A stretch of 63,946 nucleotides of DNA, counting the filler, from Rhizaria sp. SCN 62-66 (taxonomy: Eukaryota): the NCBI GenBank assembly GCA_001724265.1. It is 4 parts of 4 records of this genome, joined end to end, with 100 filler letters (N's around TTAATTAATTAA, not from the genome) between each part and the next. Parts side by side here need not be neighbours in the genome. Positions count along the whole stretch, not along the records: positions 37,957 to 55,868 come from MEDY01000491.1; positions 55,969 to 63,946 come from MEDY01000595.1; 2 more parts are not named here. One strand, written 5' to 3'. The translations under genes and the position numbers were made by a program. The notes under the pieces were generated by a model. That model saw only the letters and a program-made list of their open reading frames with translations, did no database searches and was not told the DNA's origin. Shown piece by piece: positions 43,894 through 57,277 of this stretch (its first letter is position 1; each line of letters begins with the position of its first letter).

Positions 43894-46104
43894 ATGTCTT
43901 CCTCCAAAGACCTCCTTATCACCAACGGTTCGTTCTCTCTCCCCACGCCCCTCCGTCCGCGCTGACAAGGCAAACTCCTCGTCTCCTTCGCCACTCTCGT
44001 TATCTTCGACGTTATCACGCGCTAGATGATGTATCTCCATGTCAATTTGCTACACCATGCTTGTTCAAGCTAGAAAATTACGATACTTCTGTCTTACTCC
44101 ACTCAGCGCATATTAACCCTAACAACGACTACCGGACGCCAATCTCACCACCACTTCACGTCCCATCCCGTCCCAACTCGTTTCCTCACCCTGCGCAGCG
44201 GTCATCGTAAACGCCGACTCGACGACCACGGGCCAGGACGTGCTCATTCTCAACGGCGTCATTGCCAAGATTGCCCCCGCGGCCGACCTCACCGCCTCCG
44301 GTTTGATCCCAGAGGGCATCAAGACTCTCGACGCTGCTGGCAAGAAGCTGCTCCCGGCCGGCATCGATCCCCACACGCACATGCAGCTGCCGTTCATGGG
44401 CACCGTTTCCGCGGACGATTTCGCCACGGGCACGCGCGCCGCTGTGGCTGGCGGCACGGGCACCATCATCGACTTCGTCATCCCCGGCGAAGGTACGCTT
44501 ATCTTGCGAATTCGCAAATTGAACATGAACAAAAACAGAGATATCTCGCGTATATGAAGTTATCAGTGGATTTTATGCACACTATTTGATTCAGAACGCG
44601 ATTACTAATAATTATCGCTGTGTTTGTATTCTAGGAATTTGTTTTGCGCTTTGCACACCTGGGTCTCACTTATAATTTGTTATTGATCTTGTGTCCCATG
44701 ATTGATTGTTACTCATCGCTTCGCAGACGAGACTCTGCTGCAGGCGCTGGACAAGTGGCAGAGCTGGGCGCGCGACAAGGTCTACTGCGACTACGCCTTC
44801 CACATGGCTATTACGCACTGGGACGAGGAGAAGCAGTCCGCTGAGGTCGAGGCCGACTCTGAGAAGAAGGCCGCCCCCACTGGTACGTGCTCGAAGCTCG
44901 CTGCAGCGCATATGAATAGGATAAGACATCTCGATGATATCTCTCTTTCTTGAAATGATTCTGATCTATTTAAGTACCAGTGACAATTTTATATCCAAAT
45001 ATTAAACTCTTTCTATTTTTACTTCATCACATCTCACCAAAATCATATAATTGGTTTCTTTGCGACTCAGGAACTCTTGCCGAGATGCGTTCTGTGGTGA
45101 ACGAGCACGGCATCACGTCGTTCAAGCACTTCGTCGCGTACAAGGGCGCGCTGATGCTCGGCGAGTCCGGTATGCGCAAGTCCTACGCCGCCGCGCGCGA
45201 CCTGGGCGCGATCGTGACCAACCACTGCGAGAATGGCGACATGGTCGAGGCCGGCCAGGCCAAGATGAAGGCGGCGGGCGTCCTGTCCCCTGCGGGCCAC
45301 CCGCAGTCGCGGCCGCCCGAGGTCGAGGGCGCCGCCACGGCGTGGGTCGCCAAGCTTGCCGCCGAGACCCGCGTGCCCGCGTACGTTGTCCACACGACCT
45401 GCGCCGAGGCCGCCGAGGAGATCCGCAAGGCGCGCGCGGCGGGGCAGAAGGTCTTCGGTGAGGTCCTCGCGGGGCACCTGGTGTTCGATGACAGCAAGTA
45501 CTACAGCGAGGACTTCGACACGGCCGCGGGCCACGTGATGTCGCCGCCGTTCCGCCCTGCCGCGCACCAAGACGCCCTCTGGCGCGCGGTGCAGGATCAC
45601 ACGGTGCAGACGACGGCGACGGACCACTGCGCCTTCACGCGCGCGCAGAAGCGGTTCGGGCTCGAGGACTTCACCAAGATCCCCAACGGGTGCACGGGCG
45701 TTGAGGAGCGCATGGCCGTGGTGTGGAGCAAGGGCGTGCGCGAAGGTTTGATCTCGGCGGAGGAGTTCGTCGCCGTCACGTCGACCAACGCGGCCAAGGT
45801 TTTCGGGCTGTACCCCAAGAAGGGGCTCATCGCGGAGGGCGCGGACGGGGATGTCGTCCTGTGGGACGATGCGCTCGAGCGCACGTGGTCCGCGGCGACG
45901 CAGCACAGTGCGATCGATTTCACGGTGTACGAGGGGCACAAGACTGTGGGCGGGTGCATCGCCACGGTGCTGCGCGGCGATGTTGTGTATGAGGACGGGA
46001 AAGTTAAGCCGGGGTGCGAGGGGCGCGGCGAGTACGTCAAGCGCAAGCCGTTCATGCCGTATGTCTACGGCGAGAACGCTAAGCTCGACCTCTCGTCGTG
46101 CTAA
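43894..46104 (+). CDS. DPYS: Dihydropyrimidinase (D-hydantoinase family); 4 exons
   Basis: Introns 43928-44198, 44493-44726 and 44883-45070 give a continuous frame with GIDPHTH, AGGTGTIIDF, GITSFK, HCENG, VMSPP, TDHCAF, DFTKIPNG and GADGDVV; ends in TAA. Confidence 0.95.
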
Positions 46105-46795
46105 GCTGTTATGCAACCTGCTCTCGCTAAATAACTCGGAAACACTCGAAACTCGAAACGAAGTTTTGCGTGATAATTTTTAGCAGCTTTGTCAGGTTGT
46201 AGCTATGATTTTTGTCTGTGAGGTGTCGTGATTTTGTGGCGGTGATGTTACTTGTGTTTCTTTCATTCTTTCGTTCTTTTTAAGTCGTGATCTTATCTTT
46301 TGTAGCGCTGTTGTGTGAGTTGAATACATGCTGTGCGCTTTTTTTTACGAGAGTATCTGCGTTCAATGACTTGTGCTGTTAGTAAGAATGCTGGTTCTGT
46401 GTTGATTTCCCAGAATTTACATGCGTTGGCAGCGATTTTGTTGAGTTTGTGTCTTGTGTTGCTTGAGGTTTGTGGCGGCGGCGAGGGGTGGCAGAGGGCG
46501 AGGAAGGCCGTGAAAAATGCATCTAGGTCCAAGACACACATTATCCGTCATTTTTTAAGATCTTTCTTGATCCACATTAAAATCACTGTAGTATTATTGC
46601 CTGTACAATTATAGGCTGTGGTGTTGTGCTTATTTTGCCTGCTTCCCATGCTCCGAAGAGCCTCTGCTCACCTCACTCCGGCTCTTATCTTCGCATCCCC
46701 CTTCACCACTGCCCAGCAACACATCATTTCATCGCAAGACTGCAGCAACACACGTTCGACGCTAGTGATCCTGCAATAACGTGCTATCTTTCCGA

Positions 46796-49339
46796 ATGTC
46801 CTCCACGAGCTCTTCTTGCGCTCGGTCGAGCGACAACTACGCATCTGAGCAGCCGTTGCTGCAATCTCAGCCTTTGCAGACTCAATCGTCGCAGCCATCG
46901 GGGCCCGCGCTGCCGCTCCCGTCTGTCATTGCCCTCCCCAGCCTTACGCTCCGCGCTGCTAGTACTACTGAGCGTCTCTTGCTTCGCGAAGTCCTCACTT
47001 TCGTCGCCTCCATCTCGAGCTCTTCAAACTCTGCTGAACCGCAGTCTCCCGAATGCACCAGCTCTCACGACGTCAACAACGCATATGATAACCGGGACGA
47101 CGGCGGCGACTCTGCCGGCCTTGCGTTTGCCGAGCCCGAGGCCGCGCGCGCTATCTGCGCCGCCCTGAGCTCGTCGCTGAGTGCGGAGCGCGTCGCCGCC
47201 CTGAACAAGCTCGGCTGGTGGCGTCAATCGGCGCACGCGGGCTCATGGCACGCGTTCTTGCCCCACGGCGTCATCGCCGCCGTGCTGCCGCTGCTTTTCT
47301 CGCGCGACCTCTACGCCGCCTCGCTTGCGGCCTGTGTCGCCGACGCGCTCGCAGCGGTGCACGGGAAAGCGTTCGTGGCCGCGGGCGGCCTCGACGTGCT
47401 GCTGCTGTACCTTGCTAAGGAGACGCGGCCGCACGCGGACCTGGTGCTCACCAGCGTGCTTGCGGCGCTGTGTGCGCTGACCACCGTCGCCGATAGACAC
47501 GCAGAGGAAGCTGACATCGCAGACGGAAACGCGGCCTTCGCTGAGAGCAGTGGGCGCTCCAACGGCTACGAGGCCCACAGCGCCGCCCACAGCGCCGCCG
47601 ACAGTGGCGATGACGACATGAACCCGGTGAAGACGGCCGCCAAGAGCGGCGCCGCTCGCCACGGCGCCGCTCGCCACGGCGCCGAGAGCGACGCCACAGT
47701 GGCAAGCCTGACCGACATCGGCGAGTACATCGGCGTCCTCCGCGCGCGCGGGCTGCCCGGCCTGCTGACGCGCCGTCTCTGCGACCCCTGCGGGCACTCG
47801 GTCCAGGCGCTAGCGCAGTGCGCGCTGCTGCTGGCGCGGCTGCGTGACCCCCACGGTCTGGCGCCGCCGCCGGCGAACGGGCTGGGGCGCGGGCCGGATG
47901 ATGCGAGCTGCGTGCAGACCGCGGTGCCGGTCATCAAAGACCTGGTGGCGTTCGATATTGGGCTGCTGACTCAGCAAAACATCAACAATAACAGCAGCAA
48001 CAGTAGAAATAACCTCAATAAAGCTTCTCTGAGTCGGCAGAGTAGTCTCGGCAAGACTGGCAACGATGCGGCAGCAAATCCTGACTCGAACGAAGAGAGC
48101 ACTCGCCCTACAGCGGCTTCACTGCAGTATGTGACCCACCGCGGAGTGACCGTGAGCGTCGCTGATGCGCGGCTATTCCACGACGCTCTGCTCGAGGCCA
48201 TCATGTCGCTGTTTGCGGGCGCTAACGCAGAGATTTTCCTCCAATTCTCCGAAGCGCGGCTCTTCCCGTTCGTCGCGCGCGCCGCCACCGCAGACCCTGC
48301 CCCTGAAACGCGGTCCCTGGCGCTGAACACCATCGCGCAGCTGACGCAGACGACGCCCGCGCTTGTGCAAACGCTGTTGCCGCAGGGCTTGCTGCCAGCG
48401 ATTGCATCGTTCGTCAATGCCACAGCGCCCGCGGCGGACCTCAAGACGGCAGTCTGGTGTCTCTCGTCGCTGGCGTCAGCGAGCCACACTCTCGCCGACG
48501 CCGTTGCCGACGCCGGTGTCTTGTCAGTCGCAGTGGCGCTGCTGGCGCATCCGGAGGCGGAGATCCGGGAGGAAGCGGTAATGCTGGTGCAGTCGATGCT
48601 GCGGGCCGACCGCCGCGGCGCGCGAACCATGGCCGTCGCGTTCCAAAGTCAAGCCGCGGCTAAACTTGGCGCGGACGGCGGCGGCCTCTCGTCGCCGGGG
48701 GGCGCGGCTGCGGGGTTGCTGCAGCGGCAGGCCTCGCTGCAAAGGCAAGCGTCACTGCAAAGGCAGGCGTCGCTGGAGAGGCAAGGTTCGCTGCAGCGTC
48801 AGTCGTCTTTAAGCAGCAACAACAGCAGTGGCAGTACAAGTTACGACGCCGGCGTCAGCGATCCCGCTGACGTGTTCTCGTTTGTCAGCGGCAGCCGCAG
48901 CACCAGCAGCGGCGCGACCGGTGTAAGTACTCCCTTAGACTCGGGCTTCGTGGAGTCCGCGGCCGAGCGCGCGAAGTGGGTCCGCACGCTGTCTCGCTTT
49001 CCCGACGAGGCCGCCGAGTTGCTCTGCGCATTGGGCGCAGCAGTCGACTTCCTCTCGGACACGGGCGCGGCATACCTGGCCGAGGCGTGTGCGTTCGTGC
49101 TTGCGTCTTTCCCGGCGGCGCCGACGCTGCGGGACAGCTTCGTGGCCACAGGTCGCCTGGCGGCGCTGCAAACTCGCGCGGCGCTGGCGCAGGCGGCCTC
49201 TGCCGGCGTCGCGCTGAGGAACAGCGTGCAGCTGCTCGAGGAAGCGTGCCACGACAAGAAGAGCAACAAGAGCGTGGGGGTTGTGAGTCCCGTGGCGGGG
49301 ACTGGTGGTGCGGTGGCGAAGGGAAGTATCCTCTTTTGA
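46796..49339 (+). CDS. Armadillo/HEAT-like helical repeat protein
   Basis: Long ORF with ARM-like segments (AVWCLSSLAS...VADAGVLSVAVALLAHPEAEIREEA); ends in TGA. No specific family recognised. Confidence 0.6.
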   Translation: MSSTSSSCARSSDNYASEQPLLQSQPLQTQSSQPSGPALPLPSVIALPSLTLRAASTTERLLLREVLTFVASISSSSNSAEPQSPECTSSHDVNNAYDNRDDGGDSAGLAFAEPEAARAICAALSSSLSAERVAALNKLGWWRQSAHAGSWHAFLPHGVIAAVLPLLFSRDLYAASLAACVADALAAVHGKAFVAAGGLDVLLLYLAKETRPHADLVLTSVLAALCALTTVADRHAEEADIADGNAAFAESSGRSNGYEAHSAAHSAADSGDDDMNPVKTAAKSGAARHGAARHGAESDATVASLTDIGEYIGVLRARGLPGLLTRRLCDPCGHSVQALAQCALLLARLRDPHGLAPPPANGLGRGPDDASCVQTAVPVIKDLVAFDIGLLTQQNINNNSSNSRNNLNKASLSRQSSLGKTGNDAAANPDSNEESTRPTAASLQYVTHRGVTVSVADARLFHDALLEAIMSLFAGANAEIFLQFSEARLFPFVARAATADPAPETRSLALNTIAQLTQTTPALVQTLLPQGLLPAIASFVNATAPAADLKTAVWCLSSLASASHTLADAVADAGVLSVAVALLAHPEAEIREEAVMLVQSMLRADRRGARTMAVAFQSQAAAKLGADGGGLSSPGGAAAGLLQRQASLQRQASLQRQASLERQGSLQRQSSLSSNNSSGSTSYDAGVSDPADVFSFVSGSRSTSSGATGVSTPLDSGFVESAAERAKWVRTLSRFPDEAAELLCALGAAVDFLSDTGAAYLAEACAFVLASFPAAPTLRDSFVATGRLAALQTRAALAQAASAGVALRNSVQLLEEACHDKKSNKSVGVVSPVAGTGGAVAKGSILF

Positions 49340-50156
49340 TCGGAACGGTCTTGCTTTTCGTGCGCATGCTTGACGAGCTTGTGTGAATCATCAAGTATTT
49401 GGATGTTTAAGCTCTATTTATTCATTCAAGATCATTCACATTGTCTCGATACATGCACCATTTGAGCGCAGTTTTATTTATTTAGTGCCATTGACCTATC
49501 GATTGTGCCAGAGAGCTCTAATACACAATGACCGGTGCCTGACTGATCAAGGGTTTGCATGTTAGAGTTAGAGGATCCAAGTCCACGTGGAAAAGGTCGA
49601 TTTGTATTGAGTTATCATGATACATATGTATCATGAATTGCACCAAAGTGGTAGCAATTCCATCGGTTTGTTCTGGAGAATTCCAGAACTCTGGAATTAG
49701 CTTTTCCTAACAGTCTACGTACTATATGATATGAAGTCCTACCAGAAGGTGGGATGCACAGCAATGTCAGATACAACCCCCAGGGAAAAAGCGCCAACTA
49801 AAACCCTGGTTCGTACAAAAACACAAACATATTATTGATGGTTTTCAGACATTTTCTTGAAACGAACTTGAATAAACTAGAAATAAAGACGAAACTTAAA
49901 AAGAAACAAATGAGGTTGAGAAATTGAAGAAAAACTTGATATAAGCTTGATTAACGACTTAAAGAAGAGGTTGTGTACTCACTGAACTCCAAACTCGTGG
50001 AGTAATTGTGTCATCCGAGGTGCCGGTAAGGGCTTCGTCAGTTCGTCGGCCAACATATCGTCTTTTCCTAACATTGCAGTTCTTTCTCAGGAACGGTAGT
50101 GGGATTTTGGATTTTTTTTTCTTCAAACTTTCATAACATTTATACATATACAGATC

Positions 50157-51113
50157 TTATTTGGATGTGAACTCAGAGAACCCGATTGTCAAGGGATCAT
50201 CTTCAATATCGCACTCGCCTGACTTGCAAATCGCCCTGAAGCATTGCATCACGAAGGAATCAAAGAGTTGTGTACTAGTATTGCTGCTCGCAGGCTTGGA
50301 GTCTTCAATACACGTTATCACGCGCCCGACAGGCACAAGTCCGCCCAGCAGATACGCAGAGCACGCCTGAAAGGTGATGATCCAGGGTGTGTCCATGTAA
50401 CTGTTGGGAGCGACAGAGCGCGGTGAAATCAGCACAGTTCCGGGAGGATACATTTCACCATCAGTAGGCGCTATAAACTCGCCGTATACAATATCAGTCA
50501 CGGGCATCGCAAGCGGCGAGGTGGCACAGGTGGGTTGACGGGGGCGATACAACGTGATGAATGGCCTTGGCGCTGCAGACGAGTCGAAGGGAAGCTTGAA
50601 GCATTGAAGCATAGTCGTGCCAAGAGCGCCCTTAGCCGCTGCGGTGCGGAAATAGGCAGCGTTGGCAGGAAACCGTTCATCGTCAAGGCGAATCACCATG
50701 CGGTAGTTGGACTAATGCTTCTCTGGGTTCGTAAAGAACGCATACATCTTCAGGTCTGATTTGGGCACCTCTTGATCTGCTAGGGAGAGGATACACTCGC
50801 GCGCAAGAGATTGCAAAGCTTGCATTTGCTCCATCGATGTTGGCGGACCGAAGGGTTGTTCGGGAGCCAAGATCGGCGTGTTCTACTCACACTGCCGCGG
50901 ATAGCCCATTTGCTCCAGACAGTATGCGATGTGGTCGTTGAAAGCATCTTTCCAGTCATCACTCTGAATGACAAAGTTCCACTGATTAAACCTACTTAGG
51001 CCTTGGCAGCGATCCGCCCACGCTTTGGCAACCCGCATCTTAGTCGCCACATCTAACGCAGGGGTCTTGTAGGCGTTACTTGCGGTTGTTTTTTTTGCCA
51101 CTGTCTACGACAT
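50157..51113 (-). CDS. Standalone divergent cyclophilin-like protein (318 aa) with three in-frame TAG codons; paralog of the C-terminus of 37983-40710
   Basis: ATG TCG TAG ACA GTG at 51113 is in frame with ORF 50883-51101 and ORF 50157-50699, with TAGs at 51105, 50883 and 50712. Similarity to the paralog runs across the TAGs at 50883 and 50712. Ends in TAA. Confidence 0.8.
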
Positions 51114-51891
51114 GTTTGTTCAAGTATCAAGTTGCGAAATAGCGATCGTTTTGATATCACAGAGGAGTGAGATTTAAGTAAGTACGCGATGGAAATAACT
51201 GATCAAATTTGTCGGTGGTGATGATTTCTGGGCACGTCATTGTGGCTTCTAAAGATGGATGAAGCAGGAACGATACTAGTACCAGAAGTAGTCATGTGAT
51301 GTAAATACCATAAAGCAGCTTTCGCAGATAGTCTCCTATCCCGGAGACAAGGGAATCTAGGAGATCCGGCAATCTGACGAGCTCATTGCGCTGGGGTGGG
51401 CTGGTCGACATGAAAACCCGATAAACAAAGAAGAGAGGTGCAGGAGCCGTGGTGGTTGTGAGCAGTAGCGTCAAGAAGGGTTGATTTGGCGTCATACAGT
51501 CGAAATTAGATTTCGCAACATATTTTACCATGTATGCAACAATCAAGTAGATACTGACATCATTGCGATTAGGGAATTGCGATCAATTTTTCGAGTATCA
51601 GTTGTTTTTTTCTTTGAGATTTTGCATGCGAAATGTGTCCAAAGAAAGAGTATGCAGATCCACGAAATTCAGAACACAAGAATGTGAGAACTGTATGGCT
51701 AGCTGACTAGCGAACTGATTACAAGCTAACTTAGTTCAGACAAGCAAAGATAAGGCTGCAAAATAAAGTCAAACACCTACTGATCACTCACACAGTAGTC
51801 GTATATCATACATCAAGAGATCAACACAACGTTGTATTTTTCATGAAGAAGCTCGAAACTTCAACATCTCACTTGGGATGTCGCATGGCAT

Positions 51892-52997
<1,106 letters not shown>

Positions 52998-53539
52998 GGT
53001 ATGAAAAGGCACCAGGAGTCGCGAAGAGTTGTTAATTGGATTACAGAGAGGTCGAGTCGAGAGAAGGGCTGAGCGGGGTGAGCAGTTGGTGAGCGGTGAG
53101 AGGTGGATTCTCGAGCTTAGTAAGTGGGATAAATCAAACTCCCAAGAGCCACCAATTTGTAATAATAGAGAAGCCGGCAAAAAGACTTCAAGAAAACTGT
53201 CACACTCGTGTTCGCACGAGTGTGGGGCGCATACAACTCTGGATCTTGATGAACCCGAGTCCGCCGAGTCTCAACGTGTCGTCGAGACGAAACAGAAGGC
53301 GAGTAACGACCGAACTTTGTACCTGCTGTTGACGTCCTTGCGATCGTTATTACTCTATTTTCTTGGAAGACGGGAGGTTTCACTGGGATATATACATGCT
53401 AAGTTTATACGCAACTCGTAAAGTGTCATCTACATCCTCAGCTCACTCCTTCTTTTGTCTCGTCTCCAACCGTCCAGCGTCTCCCGCCCCAACACCACAA
53501 CACTCGCTCTCGTGCGTTTCTCTCGTCTCCACTGTGGCC

Positions 53540-55868
53540 ATGGACCTCGGTCCCATCCTTAAGGAGCTCCGCGGTGACGCGCAATACGGTTCGTCTTTCT
53601 CCAAACTTCTCCTCATTGGTTCATGCGACACCTTCGTGGGCTTCACCTGCTGCTCTCACCACATTGAACATTTCATGCGGCGCTGCTCTCTCGAGCATGG
53701 CTAGTGACTTGATATGCATCTTTCACCTCTGTCGGCGATGCAACGTTTTCTCACCATTCACCTAATTCTGCTCTTTTGCGCTCAAACAGAGGACATGAAC
53801 CACAACATGTCCTTCTTGCTCAACCGTGGCATCCACGAGCTCCTCAAGGTACGTTCCCTCTTTACCTCAATATCTCAACAAAAAGGCAGACAAAAACCGC
53901 ATTTGTATCTGGTGGCTGAACACTGATTAAGTATTAATTCACGAGCTTCTGTCTTGTTTTACTTTTTTTTCTCATCCCTCGACACTATAGGTTGTCAACG
54001 AGCTTCACGACCCCCGTGCCTCGCCGGAAGTCATGCACGCTAAGGCCCACTTCAACCCTCTGCTCTGGCTCTCACGTTGGCTCAAGCTACACAACCCCGC
54101 CACACTTGTTCCCGCCTGCGTTGCAATCTCCGCCTCCGCATCTGCCTCAAACGGCAGCAGCAGCAGTACTGGTTCCGGCTCTGGCTCGAACAACAGTAGT
54201 TCTGCCAACGCCATCGCGCGCGCTCGCGAACGTGAGCTCTCGGCGTATTTCGCCAACAAAGAGGCCGCCGCGCGCGTTCTGGCCCGCCGCGCGTTCGCAT
54301 CAGCCCGCGCGCGCGCCGCTGCTGCTTCCGCCGCGTCCGCCGCGTCTAAAGCACTCGAGACGGCCCGTTCCGCCGCCGCCGCGGACGCTGCCGTGACGGA
54401 GCAAGTCGCGACGCACCGCGCGCGCGCCGCCGCCCACGCCGCCGCTGAGGCCGCTGCGGCCGCCGCCGACGCCGCGTCTCTCGCGCACTCGCACGTCAAC
54501 GCAGTGCTGAACAGCAGCAACGGTACGGCTACGGTGCCCGCGTCGGTGGGGCAGACCCACGCCGCCGCCGCCGCCGCTGCTGCCGCCGCGACCGCGGCCG
54601 CCAACGTCGCCGCAGCTGCTGCGGTCGCCGCGCTGGCTGCCGGCGCTCATCCGGAGCTGATTGCGTCGTTCACGGCCAAGTATCAGACCCCATTCATGGC
54701 CGCGCTGGCCACGAATAACGGCGCCGACGCCTCCGCCACGGCTGCCACGGGCGAGCACAGCCCCGTCGGCCACCCGCGCTCGCTCCGCGGCAGCCTCAAC
54801 GGCAGCAGCAGTGGCGCGAGCGTGAACGGCGGCACGCCCGCGACCGGCGTTCTCGCGCTCACCGGGCTTCTCGGCAATAGTCACAGTCCCGCCGCCGCCG
54901 CCGCCGCTGGTGGTGGAAATGCGGCGAATGCAAGCGGGACGGCTGGCGGTGCGCGGGGCTCGGCGCGCGCCTCGGCCGCGGGCGCCGCTGCGGCCGCCGC
55001 CGCGGCGTCCGCGCTGAGCACGCTGAGCGGCGTCGCTGGCCTTCTTGGCACTGACTCTAGCACACTTGGAGGCGGACTCGCGAGCAGTGGCAGCGGCCTG
55101 GGACCGCACGCGCACGGCGGGCCTGGTAGCCCTGTTCCGACGATCTTGGGCGCAAGCAACGCGTCCGTTGCCGCCGCTGCCGCCGCTGGCGCCGGTGCGG
55201 GTGCGGCGGGCGGCAAGCGGGGGGGTCGTGTCTCCGCCGCGGCGGCCGCTGCGGCTGCCGAGGCCGAGGCCGCAGCCGCTGCTGCCGCTGCCGCCGCCGC
55301 AGCTGCAACTGCTGCGGCCGAGGAAGGTAAGCTGGCTCGCTTTGCTGACACCGCGGCGGCGCTGGTGGCCCCTTACCACAGTCTAAGTACCTCGACCACG
55401 CCCGTGCCCAGCGTTGCAGCTCGCAAGGCCGCTGCTGCGGTCACTGCGGCGGCCAAGGCCGCCGCCGCCGCCGCCGCCGCCGCCGCGACCGCAACCGCGT
55501 CCCCCCTTGGCAACAACAGTTGTAGCGAGGCGCAGCAAGGCGATGAGACTGGTGGTGGCGATGACGACAGCGACGACGCTGAGCGGAATGACAGTGACCG
55601 CGCCGGCGGCTCTGCTGACGACGACGTGTCTGTTGCGTCAGCTGTGCCGAGCGATGTTGCCGCCGCCGCCGCCGCCGCCGTGGCCGCCGCCGCCGCTGCT
55701 GCGTCCGCCGCTAGAGCCGCCGAGGCCGCGGCAGCCGTAACTTCCGCCGCCGCCGCCGCGAGCGCCGCGTCCGCCGGCACGGGCGTCACTTCGCGCCACC
55801 CTTCCGCCGCACCCTCAGCCTCCGCGCTGGCGGCTGCGGCCGCCGCTGCGGCGGCGACGGCGGCCGCG
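53540..55868 (+). CDS. Protein with an N-terminal Dpy-30/RIIa-like docking motif followed by poly-Ala low complexity; 3' end truncated
   Basis: Introns 53589-53789 and 53849-53990 give MDLGPILKELRGDAQYEDMNHNMSFLLNRGIHELLKVVNELH...FNPLLWLSRWLKLHNP; the frame runs into the spacer. Confidence 0.65.
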
Positions 55869-55968
55869 NNNNNNNNNNNNNNNNNNNNNNNNNNNNNNNN
55901 NNNNNNNNNNNNTTAATTAATTAANNNNNNNNNNNNNNNNNNNNNNNNNNNNNNNNNNNNNNNNNNNN
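55869..55968. other. Artificial contig spacer
   Basis: Same N44-TTAATTAATTAA-N44 linker. Confidence 0.98.
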
Positions 55969-56034
55969 ATTTAACGGATGTTTGGCAAAGTTGTATGGAT
56001 ATTTAAAACCGCCCCTTCCAGGCGCGTTTTTGCG

Positions 56035-56062
56035 TTTTTCATAAACCTCTACATCAGGGGTA
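56035..56062 (+). repeat. Dispersed repeat copy 2, possible DNA-transposon/MITE end
   Basis: 28-nt identity with 70-97; lies near a contig start. Confidence 0.6.
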
Positions 56063-57277
56063 CATAAAAGTGTATGATACGTTTAAAGTTAGTATTAGTT
56101 AGGTGCGAGAGGCGTGAAACGTTGTGGTTCGATTTCGTTGCTCCTGTCATCCACTGCGCTGCTGCGGCAGATGGCTACCCCGTAAGGACGACAGAAGTGA
56201 GCACTATGCAGCGACGCGCGATGGTGAATATGAGGCAGAAGACAGTGGACAATGACTGGAGAGACTGAGACGATAACGCGACACGGGTTATATTATTTTC
56301 ACAAAAAAACAAATACGTAAGACAGAAAAATAGAAGACGCGAAAAGAACAACGCATGTACAATACCAAAACATTCAAACAATATTGAGACTCGTAGGATT
56401 ATAACAGGTTAGATTGGGGGCAAGACTTATAGACGTTCTGTCACATTCTTTTAAGGTGTGTTTTTCGCACCAGCAAACACGAGGGATAGTTCCTCGGCAG
56501 TTGTGATCGGACCAACACATAGTCATTGTAAGGAACAAGACACAGTGCGCCCTGATGGCAATAGCGAGACAATGAACACAGCGAGTGGTTTGCTGACACG
56601 AACAAAATGAAATAACAAGATGAGTAGTAGATGTGGAGGATGGATCACAGAGACAACGACATGGCATTGAGCAACAGACTAACACACGCAAGCATAAAGA
56701 AAGAGAGAGAGAAAGAATAACAAAGAATGTCCGGGTGATTGAACCGTCGCGACGCGGAGCTTAGCCCTTGTACTACGATTACTAGTACGACAAAATAGAG
56801 TGATTGATATCAGGTTAATAACAACAGCGGCAACGGTAAAACGGTCGACCGCTGTTAAGGTAAGGGGGGAGATGACCCGCCCGCACATGTGCTATAGCTT
56901 TGACGCTGAGACAAGATACAGACGGGAAAGATCACATAGGCCAACCAACAGACTTCACAGCACAAGAACACCGCTGTCTGTGTGCACTGACGTGCTGTTG
57001 AAATAAAGCAGTAACAACAGTCATGTTCACACATGGCGATGAGCTAGCATGCTTCGTGAGAGCAAGTTGGTGGCCTGGCCCCTTCCGTTTTTTTACAGTG
57101 ACTCTCACACATACATAATCACAACAACAGACATACACAACGCAGTTGAGTCAAATACAGCTACACAATGAGTACCATGAGTGATCAGTACTATTACTGA
57201 GTTTGTTTTCTGATGCAGTCTTAGTTGAACAAGTTTGTAAGCCCTGGACGATAGAAGACTGCTCACGTCAGCGCACT

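Noticed and set aside
54033-55868. GCC/GCT and CAG trinucleotide runs as possible CRISPR or satellite arrays
   Set aside because: They are coding poly-Ala/Gln/Ser tracts with no repeat-spacer structure.
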